Source: Gnetum montanum (taxonomy: Eukaryota > Plantae > Gnetophyta). From it: a stretch of 64,000 nucleotides of DNA. The stretch lies in the NCBI GenBank assembly GCA_015680685.1, contig MNCI01002011.1, positions 756,470 through 820,469 of the forward strand, read 5' to 3'. The notes beneath the pieces were generated by a model. The model was not told where the DNA came from and did no database searches. It saw only the letters and a list, made by a program, of their open reading frames with translations. Made by a program: the position numbers and the translations under genes. Shown here in pieces: positions 28,301 to 40,678 of this stretch (its first letter is position 1; every line of letters begins with the position of its first letter).

Positions 28301-29923
28301 AAAACTATTACAACATGCCAAGAATATGCTGAACTAGTAGATGTTCAAAGTTATCTATGCATAGCAAGCATAAAGTAGGAAGCCATCCAATGGTTTACTT
28401 TAGAAGAGAGATGTAATTATAAAATATGCATGGAACTAGAAAAGGTCCTCATAAGTAGTTACATTAACTAGATGGATGAGATGGAGTATCTTAAATACTA
28501 ACTCTTCTATACAAAGAATCAATAAGAAGTAGACATGGTTTGAAAAGAGTTGGAGGTTCAAAAAAGTTTTGAAATAAAACCCTTAGAGTTGAAAATATTA
28601 TTGGAAACTCTTGAATATATATTTCTAAAGAAGAATAAATTTGTAATTGTGAATGATAAGATCACTAAAGAATAAAAAGAAGATGCTAAAAGTGATAAAT
28701 AAATGATCAAAAACCTTTCCTTGGTTATATGATGAAACAATAGGTATCAATCCATCTATATGCTAGCACTGGATCTACACAAATCCTATTATTAAGCCCA
28801 AATGATAACCACAGACGAGATTAAATTTCAAACCTAAAAAATAGATAGTCAAGAAAGAGTTAGAGAAGCTTCTTAAGGTAAAATTCATCTACCATATGGT
28901 AGATAGTAAATGGATGAGCTAATTTATTAGTGCTAAAGAAAGAAGATAAATGCATAATTTGCATAGATTTTTAATTGTTGAACATTGCCACATTTAAGGA
29001 TCACTTTTTGTTTCCATTTATGAACCAAGTGTTAAATACCATTACAGCTCATAGGTTTTATAGCTTTCTAGATGGCTAAAGTGAGTAGAATTAGATTTAA
29101 AGAGTCCCAAAGGATCAAGCCAAGATGATATTCATGAATCCTTGGGGAACTTTTTCATATAAAAATATGCCCTTTGGTCTTTGTAATGTACTTGCAGCTT
29201 TTCAATGACTTGTCCTCAATATCTTATGAATGACTTCTCCACTTATAGTTCCAATTTTTTGCAAGCATTGAACTATCTATAGCAGGTGTTAAAATTATAC
29301 ATTGAAACAAATCTCAAGCTTAATTACTAGAAAATACATTTGATGGTATAGTAGGATATTATTCTTTGGTATTATACTTTAGAAAAGGGAATAGAGGTAG
29401 ATCAAAAGAAGATAAAAGTAATCTAAGAAATAAAAAAAAGATCATGAATTATAAAAGATGTCAAATAATTCCTTGGAAATACAAGGTACCATAGAAGGTT
29501 TACTAAAAATCTCTCCAAAACTGCAAAGTCATTGGTAGAGCTGACAAAGAAGTATGCATCGTTTGAGTAGAACAAGAAATGTAATCATGCATTCAAACTT
29601 CAGACATAGAAACTTGTAGAAACTCTAATTATATAAGCTCTAGACTAGTCCAAGCTATTTCACATCATGACTGATACATCTAACTTTGCCTTTGGAGTAT
29701 TGTTTCCATAATTAGATGAGTAGAAACATTCATACTACATCCATTATGCAAGAAAAAGTATTCTAGGTGCACAATAGAACTACATTAGAATATAGAAGGA
29801 ATTGATAGCCATGGTATATTCCCTAGAGAAATTCATTTACAATGTGCTTGAATATCTAGTTTTTGTGTACATAGATCACAATGCAATATGCCTCCTGAAA
29901 AAAAACCAATAGTTATCCCTTGT
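25370..29923 (+). pseudogene. gag-pol: gag-PR-RT-RNase H (N-terminal part) of C
   Basis: gag core ~26280-26560; PR ~27890-28170 (ORF 27946-28137); RT with SFLDG*SE*N*I, PWGTFSYKNMPFGLCN and MNDF (~29060-29240); RH FHIMTDTSNFAFG (~29660). Confidence 0.9.
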
Positions 29924-29957
29924 TATTGTGGTAAAGATTGTGATAATATGAGACCTC

Positions 29958-30367
29958 TTACAACCTCACATGAAATTAAGCTAGTAAATCTTCTGGCCCT
30001 TAAATGGTCTATTAATCTTCCTTAAATCAAAAGGTGACTTGTAGATCTTTGAAAAAAATTGACAATTTAAGATGAGCATTTTTGCCAAACACTAATGAAT
30101 AAAAATCAGAAAATTAGCATGAGTGGAATAGCTAAGAGAATAAAATACACAAGAATTACATATGTAAAAAAGAATGCATATGGCTAAAAATAGAAACTAT
30201 TTTAAAAATGGAGTATAAAATAAAATAGATATGATTCATTTTAAAAGGTAGAACTAAAAATAAATATAGAATACAAATCTATTAAGGAAGATTAATAGAA
30301 AATTTGATTTTCTTAGACTATTTAAGGGCCACAAGATTTATTGGCTTAATTTCATGTGAGGTTGTAA
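29958..30367. repeat. Inverted repeat (arms 29958-30025 and 30282-30367) at the truncated 3' LTR of D
   Basis: TTACAACCTCACATGAAATTAAGC... and its reverse complement ...GCTTAATTTCATGTGAGGTTGTAA, with few mismatches and one ~18-bp indel. Confidence 0.85.
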
Positions 30368-30439
30368 TTTGGATTTACCTAAGTCAATTTCTTAGACCAA
30401 AGGATTAATTTTGGCTTTTATTATAGATTAGTAAAAGCT

Positions 30440-33400
30440 ATGGAAATTCTATTTGCCTAAGGAGGAGAGAAGCAAGAAGACATTGCTTCAGAGGAAAACT
30501 TCAAGCCTTCACTATGCCAACAATTGAAGAGTCTAATATCTAATAACAAAGTTAGTGGAAATGGTCCTTTGACATCAACATCAAAGACTAGAGAAGAAGT
30601 TGGATCCTTAATTTTGGAATGCATTGAGAAATATTGGAAGAAAATCAGTGGAGACTAAGAAGTAGGGAAGGAGGGAATTTTGGAGAGCATTATTCAAATT
30701 GTGAAAAAAGGATTAGCATCAAGAAAGAGAAAACCCCTTGTTGAGGAGGAAGAAATTTCCTCCAAGACCTATAAAGTTAAAGTCTCCCATGATAAGTTAG
30801 AAGAAAGATTAAGTAAGTTTTTAAATCTCTATCAATTTGGCAACTTTTGTGAAGTGTAATTGATGCAATGTACTTTCTATTTTTAAAATTTTTTAAAATG
30901 ACTTGGTTCTAACACTTAGTTATTTTGTAAAATTTTCTTGTAATAGAAGAGTAATGGAATAGGAAGCCAAGAAGCTACATTCTAACCTTTCTTCAATCCT
31001 AAAAGATTAGAAGGAATGTACAAGTATAGAGAAAATGGATTTGTTACATGAATTATTTTCATCAAAGGAAAACAAAGGGGATAGAGAATTTATTTTCTTT
31101 TTCTAACCTATTTGGTTTAAACATTAATGAAATAAGACAAGAAGAACAAGAAAGTGAGGCTAGAGGAAGGGAAGAGCTTCAATAATTGAAGATCCCACCT
31201 CCACCTCTAGTAGATGTTACTCCACCTAGCAAACTAGTTTTGAATGATATGAAGGTTTGCAAGTAGATAAAGGAAGTGACAAGCTTAAAAATTTCCATGT
31301 GATATGATAAGTGTAATTGGCATGGCATCGAAAGTATGTATGTCAATCCTACAAATGTAGATAAGACTTAAGAATTTTTTTGATTTTCCAAAGATAAAAA
31401 GAAATATTTGTGCTTATGTAAATGATAAGAAAATGATGCCAGAAGGCTTAGCAAAGGATATGAAGAGGAAGCTAAAATTGAACTCTCCAAGAGAAGGTAA
31501 GCAATTAGAAATAATATTTTTGTAGAATAATACTTATTATTTGTAAAAGAAAATTTAACGATCTCTTACTTATGATGCAAAGATAAAGATTAATTTAAAT
31601 AAGGATTAGGTAACGTTCCATTATCTAGTAGTGAATGTTGATGTTGTAGTAGATAAGGTTGTTATAGATTCAATAATCACTACCATGAATTATGTTAAGG
31701 ATATGGAAGTATTGGTCGTAGAGTAGGCTAAAAGAAATTCCATACTTCTAGACTCCTTCGAGTAAGCCTACAAAAAGAAAGAAGAAAATGAATATTAGAT
31801 AAGAATGGTGTTTGACTAGGTAGAACTACTAGAAGCAAAAATAAGAGGTAGCAACATGGTTAGGTACAACCCTTCTCCCCATGCATATTAGAGATAAAGG
31901 AATAAAGCTATGGAATTACAAAGAGCATTGATGGAAAATAATAGATCATATTTAGCCATGACTTATTCCATAACCAATCTAAGAAATTCTACAGTAGCAT
32001 GGGAAAGTTGGGTAGGAAGTGCCAAACAAATAAGCAATGTATAAAAGAGAGTACCACAAGCTATTAAAAGAGAATAAAAGTGTATTTATAGATAAATAAA
32101 TAAGAAGTTCATTTTTTAAATACATAAAATTAGAGGAATTATTTACAGATTTGGCTCAAAACGTGATTATTAACATACTAGAGGAAAAAGAAAGAGGTCG
32201 TCAAGAAGAACTTATGGTAAAATAAGATGATCATGATATCACCCAAAAAGGATTAAAAGCCTACAAGGAAGAGTGGACTAGCATTCTATCAAGGATTCCA
32301 AGATTAGCTTTTAACACATTAGACCTAGCCAACCTGAGTTTGAAGGACATAAAATAGAGAATATTGGAAATATATAAAGATATATAGGGTAAGCATTTAA
32401 ACTTTAGGTAATTATTTTATTTTATTTTATTTGATGGATAAAATAAAATAAGATAACTTATTTGTCTTAATTTTTATGTGCACACCTTAAGGAGAATATC
32501 CAAAAAATAGTAGAGAAGCCTACTTCAATACAAATTAATGAAGTAGAAGAGAAGAAAAATGCTAAAGATAAATCAAACTACTGAATTGCATCTCATGTGA
32601 CATCTAAGTTTGACATAGAAAATTTTTCTAAAATGTCAAGTGTATTTGAATTTGAGTTAATAAGAAGCCATGTTAAAAGTTACGATGTGTGTCAATTGCA
32701 ACAAATGTTTATAGAACTAAAATTCAATATTTTTCACATCATTTCAACTCTATCTTTGTATTTTGATAGTTATGAAATTGATGTAATAGAATAAGGTTAG
32801 TAATTTTCTATACATTTAATATAGCCTATTTACAATAAGCAACCAAAAGAAAAAGTTTGATGTTGAAATAAACGTTCATCACTAAACTAAGTGTAAATAA
32901 TGTATATTGTCAAGTTATGATGTCATAGTTCATTCTTGATAACCATTATGTACTATAACAATTATAGAAAATAATGTAAAGAATCAATGTAAGTTCTTCC
33001 ATTCATCATCATTACTTGATGAAAATAGATAGTGGAAGAGAAATTTAATGCATTTCCTAGCAAGTACTAGTTATTGTTGACCACTTAGAAGAAAATGACA
33101 AATAAGAAGGAGACATTCAAAAACTTAAGCATCTAATGTCATTTTGTTCATAATGAAGATTTGAGCAGTTTAATGGAAAGGATAAGATGATTTCTTCTTA
33201 TTAGATGAGGATATGTCTAGTTATCCAAAGTTTAAATTAACAAAATTGATATTAGAGATAGACTCATCACTTAATTCTATAAAATTTGTAGCAATAACTA
33301 AGTTCTTAGGAGAAAAAGGGACTCGCAGGTTCAAGCTTAATATCAACTAGTTTGCCACTAAGCTGATAAGATTGAGCTGCTTGATCTAAGCAAGAAATAC

Positions 33401-33590
33401 TTGGAATATATTTATTTTTCAAGATGAAAATATCATGGTTATAAAGAGGAATGTGTATCTTCTAATGTATTAGAGAAGACACAACTTAATATTAAGCTAG
33501 CCAAAAGTATCCTAGTATTTTGTTGACACTAAGACACTCACATATGATTGTGTAAAGAGCTTTACACTACACAGAATTACCTATCATTAA
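30440..33590 (+). pseudogene. Multi-exon antisense gene in D (unknown helical/coiled-coil protein, ~850 aa)
   Basis: Exons ~30440-30812, 30947-31496, 31581-32081, 32149-32388, 32484-32795 and 32968-~33590. GT donors and AT-rich introns; splicing restores the frame; stops are mostly CAA/CAG/CGA-derived. Confidence 0.75.
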
Positions 33591-33789
33591 TAGTAACTTG
33601 ATGGAACCTATGGCTTCTACTCATGTACTATTAAAAGAAACAAGATTAGTACAAGTTTTATTGAAGCTACCTAATCATGAAGACCGAAACACTTGATAAC
33701 AATGCATGTTGTCACGTTAAATTTATTACAATCATTAACATGTATTAGTAAAACTAAAGCTTTATGCAATACCTTGATGATGTTGTAGA

Positions 33790-36550
33790 ATGACACCTAA
33801 CAAATGTCTCTCATCTTCAAGTTAGTCTTAATTCTCTCATCATAGAAGTTTAGGTTGTATAATCCATAATAAGGGATTTGGAGAAAGGAAGATATAGCTT
33901 TTATCTTAGCAAGATTGTTACTTGGGACCAAGATCCTCTTCAGAACATCATATAGTGCAACATGATGCTATTTATAGGTTTCTATGAGATCATATAATAA
34001 TACGTTGATTCCTTTAGAATGGAAAATCATAGTCATTTGCTATAAGAACTTATTATTCATAGGTTGAGATGCTTGTGGAGTAGGTGACACTACAACTAGT
34101 TGTAGGATTGGATGAAGATAGGAGGCTACTTGAGGAGGTAGTCTCATGTTGCTGCTAAATAGAAGCCTTCTTGGATGTCTTTAAAATTTGCTTCTATGCA
34201 TTAGTAGCCTTCTCCTTTTGCTTAGTTGATCATGCTTCATTGATTTGTTTTCCATAGGTAAGGATTCTTATTTGAAGTGATGAAAAAGTATAAGTTAATG
34301 TCTAAGATGTAGTAGATGAATGAATATCTTAAGATTTTGTATGATAGGAAATATGATGAGAATAAGAAGGATACATAGGTTGGGTAGTAGGAGTGGAATG
34401 ATGGGATTATATAACATTAATATGATAAGAACATGGAGAAGAATGGTTTACTTTTGATGGTCTAGTGATGTAGTCAAACTAAATGTAGTCAAACTAAAAA
34501 ATTACATAAGGTTTTTGCAATTCTGAAGATGACTATTAATGTTGATAATATTCAAACCAATGGGTAATATAAGTATCCTTAGATGGAGAATTATGAGGTT
34601 TATTTTTAAGCATGAAAGCTAAAATAGTACCTCTAGCTCCTAAGGGATTCTGAAATACCTCAAGCTTTTGATCATTCAAATGCATAGTGGATGGATCACT
34701 CTCCAGCACTATCTTACCCTTATCAATGAGATCCCAGATGTCATCTTTTAGATTTCTATATTTTCGGTAGTCATACCACCTAGGCACCTCAAGGTTACTT
34801 TCTTATCTTTAAGAAGGATCTATATCTATAAGTTGTATGCAATGGTAGTGGGCTCTTGCTTGAATAGATACCTATTTCTTCTTAAGATGGCCCTCCCTAA
34901 GAATATGTTTAGAAGCATAAAATACCACATAGGTGTCTTAGTATATTGATCTCTACTCCTTTAAAGTCTACATTATTGATTAGAAGATAAAGTAGTTGAA
35001 ATAGTGATATTTTGTTTCTTAGAAAAAGAAGAGATAGCCTGAGAATTTGGTTCTCCTGGATTGATAAGAATTCCTAGTTATGATATTAAATAGTAGCTTC
35101 TTCAATAAATTTGGCATCTAGAAAAGCATAATTTAGGGAATGAGGCATAGGATAAGCCATCATCTTTTGGATATAGTCAATGACCATAGCTTCAAAGATG
35201 TTTTGTAAATAACATTCCTCTAAATGATATGGAATTTTGATTGTTTCTACTATTCATTGAGAGATGAACTTCTAATGAGCTCATTTGGAGCTTACTTAAT
35301 GGAAACAAAAGACATCACACTTGTGGTTTGAGGCACACTGAATTTGAAACATTCAATGATAAATTCTACAAGAAGTTTCTCTAGAGAGATAATAGATTCA
35401 TTTGCTAGGAACCTATACCATTCTAAATCTCTTCTAGAAAGAGAGTTTGAGAAGCATCCCAACATAATGTAAGTATAAAAGACCAAAAGCATGCATTCAT
35501 TTCTAAATGTGACTACATGAATGATGGGGTCCCTTATTTTACCACTATACGTTATGAAAGTTAGTAGTGAAATTCCCTTTGGTAGGACTAGAAAAGGAAT
35601 GATAGAGCTTATGGACTCACTTAAGATCCAATCAAAGAAAATACTAGAGTTTTCTTATATGCTCAATGACTTATACACTTTATCTTTAGTGTTTTAAAGA
35701 GGAAGCATCATATAATTAAGAAGTGCTAGCAAATATGGATCTATTTTATGGAAGTTAATAATGAATTATTCCATAGTAGTAGATGAATATGTTAAGAAAG
35801 GATGCACATAGGAAATGGATACAAACGTTTAAGGAGTATGTATACTGAATGAGATTGAATTAGATGGGTATACTAGAGAGAAAGAATAATGGTAGCTTTA
35901 GAAGGCTAAATAGTTTTAAAGTAGTAAAAGTATAGAGTAGAATGGAGTAAAAAGAGGGTATGGTAGGTCATGGTTGAGGGATGGAATTTATGGTTCCAAA
36001 AGGTGGAATAGGATATTAAAAAATAGAGTGAGGGTTACTAATGTTATTAGGAGAAACCAATTGATAGGAAGAAATAGAGCTTCTAAGAAGGCTAAGTGGT
36101 CTTGTAGTAGGAGAAATAAATCTAGGTGAATTGCTTTGAGCTACTATGATGCTGATGTTATGAATGTGAGGTAAAAGAGTTTTACTTTTTCCAAGCTTCC
36201 CTATTAAGTGCCCTTTTTCTTCATTTGTCCAGTGAATATTAAATTCAAAGGCAACACTTCCTCTAAGAGTGATGTGAGGACCAAGGGGTTGATCCAAGAT
36301 GCTTTTCATCTTAGACAATTCAATTTGTAGATGTATGTATTCGTGCATCTTTTCTTACTTTAAGATGAATTTTTTAACTTCCTTAGCTTTCTCATTATCT
36401 AATTAAATTGGGAAAAATCTATATTGAGAAGGAAAGATGGTAGATCATTGGCCCACTCATATTCTACCATGAGCCTGAACATTTCATTTTTAAGAATATA
36501 GTCCAGCTTCCGTTTGGCATAGGCTATTTTATAGTCCTTCAAATTTAGTA
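33790..36550 (-). pseudogene. gag: Tat-type gag of D, ending just before the protease
   Basis: DPIIHVVTFRNEC...CFSNSLSRRDLEWY (ORF 35292-35492); YRNLKDDIWDLIDKGKI (34536-34787); linker LLYDLIETYK*HHVALYDVLKRILVP (~33925-34000). Confidence 0.8.
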
Positions 36551-36880
36551 CTTCTAATAATTCCTACTTTCTCCTTAGGTCCACGAGCTTCTAAATCTTG
36601 AAGAAATTCAAATCAGAGGATGATTCCATAGCTATAATTACAGAAGTGACTATAACTTCATTGGACTATTACAAGTGTCTCAGTTCATGCCTATAAATAG
36701 GTTCACACTTGAAATAAAAGGTGAAAATTTTTTATTCAATGAGAATGTTGAAGTTATAGAAAATCAACATGATATCAGTATTTCAACATGGCATATCATT
36801 AGCACTTAGAAAAAGTGAAGAAAAAGAGTCTAAAAACATAAGCAAATAAGAAATCCTAGAAACAACATTAGTTTTGCAAA

Positions 36881-36900
36881 GGTCCTCCTTCTAGTGCTAG
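36881..36900 (-). promoter_or_regulatory. Primer-binding site of D (tRNA-Asn type)
   Basis: CTAGCACTAGAAGGAGGACC is a decayed TGGCGCTAGAAGGAGGG, complementary to the plant tRNA-Asn 3' end, ~5 nt from the LTR. Confidence 0.8.
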
Positions 36901-36905
36901 AAAGA

Positions 36906-38244
36906 AGTTATGGTAAAGATTATTATATGCAATCAATCACAACCTAATAAAAAATTGAGATAGGTAATCTCTGGCTACCAAATAGTAAAAGAAAATTTAA
37001 ATTTTAATTAATCTCCATTAAATTGAAAAGTAACTTGCATATCTTTGGAAAAATTTAATAATGTAAGATGATCAATTTTTCCAAATTCCAGTGAATAAAA
37101 AGAAAAAAATTAACATGTATGGAATAGCTAAGAGAATAAAATAGATAAGAACTATGTATTTAAAATAAATTGTATATGGATATTAATAGAAAATGTTTGA
37201 AAATAAAGTCTAGAGTGAGATAGATTTGATTCATTTTAAAAGCTAAATATAAAAAGGAATATAGAATATAGATATAAAGATGATCTATATAAGGAAAAAA
37301 CTAGAAAGGCTTAAAATAGAAAAATCTAGATTATAGAATGAAATGTTCTAGGATATGTACAAAGGATTAAAGGTTCCTAGCAAAAAGCTACATTAGCCTA
37401 TTCTTTATTTGATGCATATACCTGATGTAAATATGACAAGAAAATTACAAATTTAGAAGCTGATTAAGTAGAGGGTTTAGATTAGATTAGTTTGTTAACT
37501 TGATTCCTTACAATTCTCCATGTGTTAAGAGGATGACATGAAGGAGATAAAAATGTGTTAGTAGGGAAAAGAAGAAGAGAAATCATATGAATTGATTTCT
37601 CTAGTAGAAGAACAATTGTTTGACAAAGAGGCAGAGCCTTTTAAAAGGTTTTTAAATTGTTGAGATAAAAAACAAAGATCTAATTACAATTACTAGTAAT
37701 ATTATTAGAAAATGCTAATAAATTGAGATTATGACCAATTATCAAATAGACCATCCCCTTTATATTTAGGGATATTCTCCTATTTATAGGTTAAATATAC
37801 CTCATAGATCATAAACAAATGATGCATTGGAGTCCATAGAATCTTCTGGAATGTTCTAAAAGATTTTGAATAGGAGAATTAACATGTATAAGATTACCAT
37901 GAGAATTTACATTGGATATCAAACGCAATATTGACTATATATGTCAAAGAACTAGCCAACATTAAGCATTGAAAAGCTAATGTTCCAAGAAAGATAAGTC
38001 AAAATTGATGCAAGAGATGATGTTGAACCTTGATATTGGAAGCCATCGAAAAGAAATAAAAAAATTATGCTAAAAATAATGTGGGATGTCACTTCTAGTA
38101 AAAGTTGAAGATTGAGATCAAAAACTATGTTGCAAATGGTGCAAGACATTGAATTTGGGCTATTGAAGATGGCTTTGAACTGAGAAGAAAAAAAATGTAC
38201 CCAAAACTCTGACTTATGTAGAAATAGCCAAAGTGGGTATAACA
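36906..38244 (-). repeat. 5' LTR of D (~1.34 kb)
   Basis: Starts TGTTATACCCAC on the minus strand; TATA CCTATAAATAGG at ~37779-37790; its end matches 29924-30280. Confidence 0.8.
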
Positions 38245-38249
38245 CCTAT

Positions 38250-39750
38250 ATCATATGGTGGTAGGTAATTTTGTAGAAGTTTAATCTTATAATGATAGAT
38301 AGAAAGAAAACTAGGAATATTGTGGTTGACAATTTTTCCTGGTTACGATGGAACAACAAGGCTCATGAAGAGTCTCTTTTCAATAAGTTTCCCAATGATA
38401 TATATTTTGCAAATGCAAAAATGATAATAATAAATGCTAAAAAACCATTGTACATAGAATTCCTCTTATATCTACTCATGTAGAAGGTCCCTATTGAATG
38501 AGATAGGAATAAAAGGTAATACTTTCTTCACCAAATCAAGTAATACATGGAGATAGAAGGTAACCTCTATAAAACCTGTGTGGATGGCTTGGTCTAATGT
38601 TCTGTACTTGATGAAGATCAACTTAAGATTCTATAAGAAAGTTAACAAGAGCCTTATGAGGGCCATTATGTAGGGAGAAGAATGATTATCAAAATCCTCA
38701 TGCTAGGGTACCTTTTTCCCATAATCTTCAAGGATGCACATCACTTCACCAACTCTTGTGAGTGATGCTAAAGAGATAGATGAATGACTACCAAGTTAGA
38801 GTATCCATAATAATGGATCCAACCAATGGAACCTTTTAATATTGGGAGAATTAATTTCATAAATTCCATCGCACCCATGTTAAATGGAAAATCCTACATC
38901 ATAGTTGCAATGGCCTATTACATGAAGTGAGTAAATGCTATAACAGTTATAAACTATATGTCTATGAATACAATAAGGCTTTTCTAATAAAGCATGATAA
39001 ATAGGTTTGGTTTGCCTAGGATACTTATTTACAAAAACAAAAATCATTTTACAGGTGCTACTTTTAAGAAACTAATGAGATGCTTGGGGATGGAACATAA
39101 ACTAACAACACCTTATTACCCCCAAGTGAATAGTCAAGATGAGTAACAAATAAAGAAATCATGCAAATCCTCACTAGGACCACTAGTAGATATAGGAGAG
39201 ATTGGAGTAAAAATATCAATGATTTCTTATGGACATATCACTTTCCTTAGAAACTCCCTATAGTCTACCCTTTGTATGAGTTGATGTATAGAAAGCTATC
39301 AAAACTTCCCATCCAAGTAGAGTTGTATATACTTAACAAAACCTATGAACTTGATCTCAACAATAGTATAATGTAAAGGAATATCTTCTAAATATTAACA
39401 TGATGGAAAAAAAATAAAAGAGTAGCTCTTATGATGAATTAAGTACATAAGGCATATGCCAAACAATGTCATGACACTAGGGTATAATAAGTGGACTTTC
39501 AACTAGGAAATAAAGTCATTTATTGAAACCCTAAACATGTATCCTAATGAAAAAAATTCTAAACATTTTCAAAGGACCTTATATTATACACTCTACTTTT
39601 CATTAAATTACCATGAAAATTTACCATCTTGATTAACTGGGCAAGGTAATTTTGGTCAACATGTAATTTGTTAAGTCATTTAAGGATTATGAGATAGTTA
39701 GAAACTCTAACAACACCTCAACCAATGGCCAAGCCCACTCTATTTTTTGT
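38250..39750 (+). pseudogene. pol: RNase H C-terminus and integrase of C
   Basis: MIDRKKTRNIVVDNFSWL; GHYVGRR and CE*C (HHCC); INRFGLPRIL; LTTPYYPQVNSQ; KGPY motif at ~39572. Confidence 0.9.
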
Positions 39751-40678
39751 ATCCTTACCTTTCAACTTAGTCATGAGGCAGGTACCCATCTAATTTGATA
39801 TTAGGATTTATTTTTCATCGTTTTTTATAATTTCCTTTTATTTTCTTAGTTCTTCATATATTTTCTAATTTTTGTAATTTTCTATTTTATTTTATAAGTT
39901 TTTTTCTTTGATTAATTTTATATTTTAAATTATTTATGTCAATTTTTTGTTCTTGCATCAATAAGGCATATCATTTATGTACAAACCAACCGTGTTATTT
40001 GGATTGTATCCTATGATATCAAAATGATTAGGTAATTATTTTTAGAAAATAATGAGACCACACCATTCATCCCTCTAGTTTCCATACATAAGAGATCTTC
40101 ATCATAGAAGTGGTATAATTCTATTCAAATTAAAACTAAAATTAACTTATGATCTTTATGTCTTGAGGAAAGGGGGAAAGACTAAGAGGGAATGGAAAAG
40201 TGTGTGACATCAAGGGGACTTTCTAATTCTTTATACTTCCTTTATGGGTACTTCTACTCCCTATATTTATGTCATTACTCATGTTTTAATTTTGATAGAA
40301 GCATGTTATCAAATAAGTGTTGCCTTAACATGTCATTAAAAAGACATGTTACCCATGCCTAAAGGTAGTCTTCTAGTAAGAAAAGCACAATTATTAAATA
40401 ATTAATTCATAGAAAGAAAAAATGATTCTTAGGGTACCACTAGAGGGACATGTTACCTATGAGTGAAGGTAGGCTATTTCCCTCATCGATAGATAGGTAA
40501 AGCATTCCACATACCTACCTTTGAAGGGTTTTCTAATTCCATTATTTACCATACTATTACATGTAATTATTTTCCTAATGGTTTAAATTAGTATAGTGTA
40601 GGATTCTAAGGGAATTAGTTGTGTGGGTATGACATATGGTCTTAACCAACATTTAATCACCAATGTGCCTAAGGGCAT

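Larger units (their letters stand above)
29924..38244 (-). mobile_element. Tat-clade Ty3/Gypsy element D (gag only, antisense spliced gene, rearranged 3' LTR)
   Basis: Removing it plus a 5-bp TSD (CTTGT/CCTAT) restores C's RH frame (PIVIPC|IIWW*VIL*KFNL). LTR-end homology between 29924-30280 and 36906-37280; tRNA-Asn-type PBS. Confidence 0.85.
15131..40678 (+). mobile_element. Athila-like Ty3/Gypsy element C (full gag-pol, old), interrupted by B and D and cut off by E; 3' LTR not in the window
   Basis: Split 5' LTR (~15131-15200 + 24437-25240, ending TTCATCA), PBS, then gag, PR, RT, RH and IN in Gypsy order, followed by the 3' UTR. Confidence 0.85.

Noticed and set aside
33966-33980. Minus-strand CCTATAAATAG as a promoter TATA
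   Set aside because: It lies inside the recognisable Tat gag-protease linker coding sequence.
29921-38244. TGTTAT...ATAACA terminal inverted repeat suggesting a DNA transposon
   Set aside because: LTR-end homology, the PBS, gag and restoration of C's frame with a 5-bp TSD place the boundary at 29924 and identify an LTR element.
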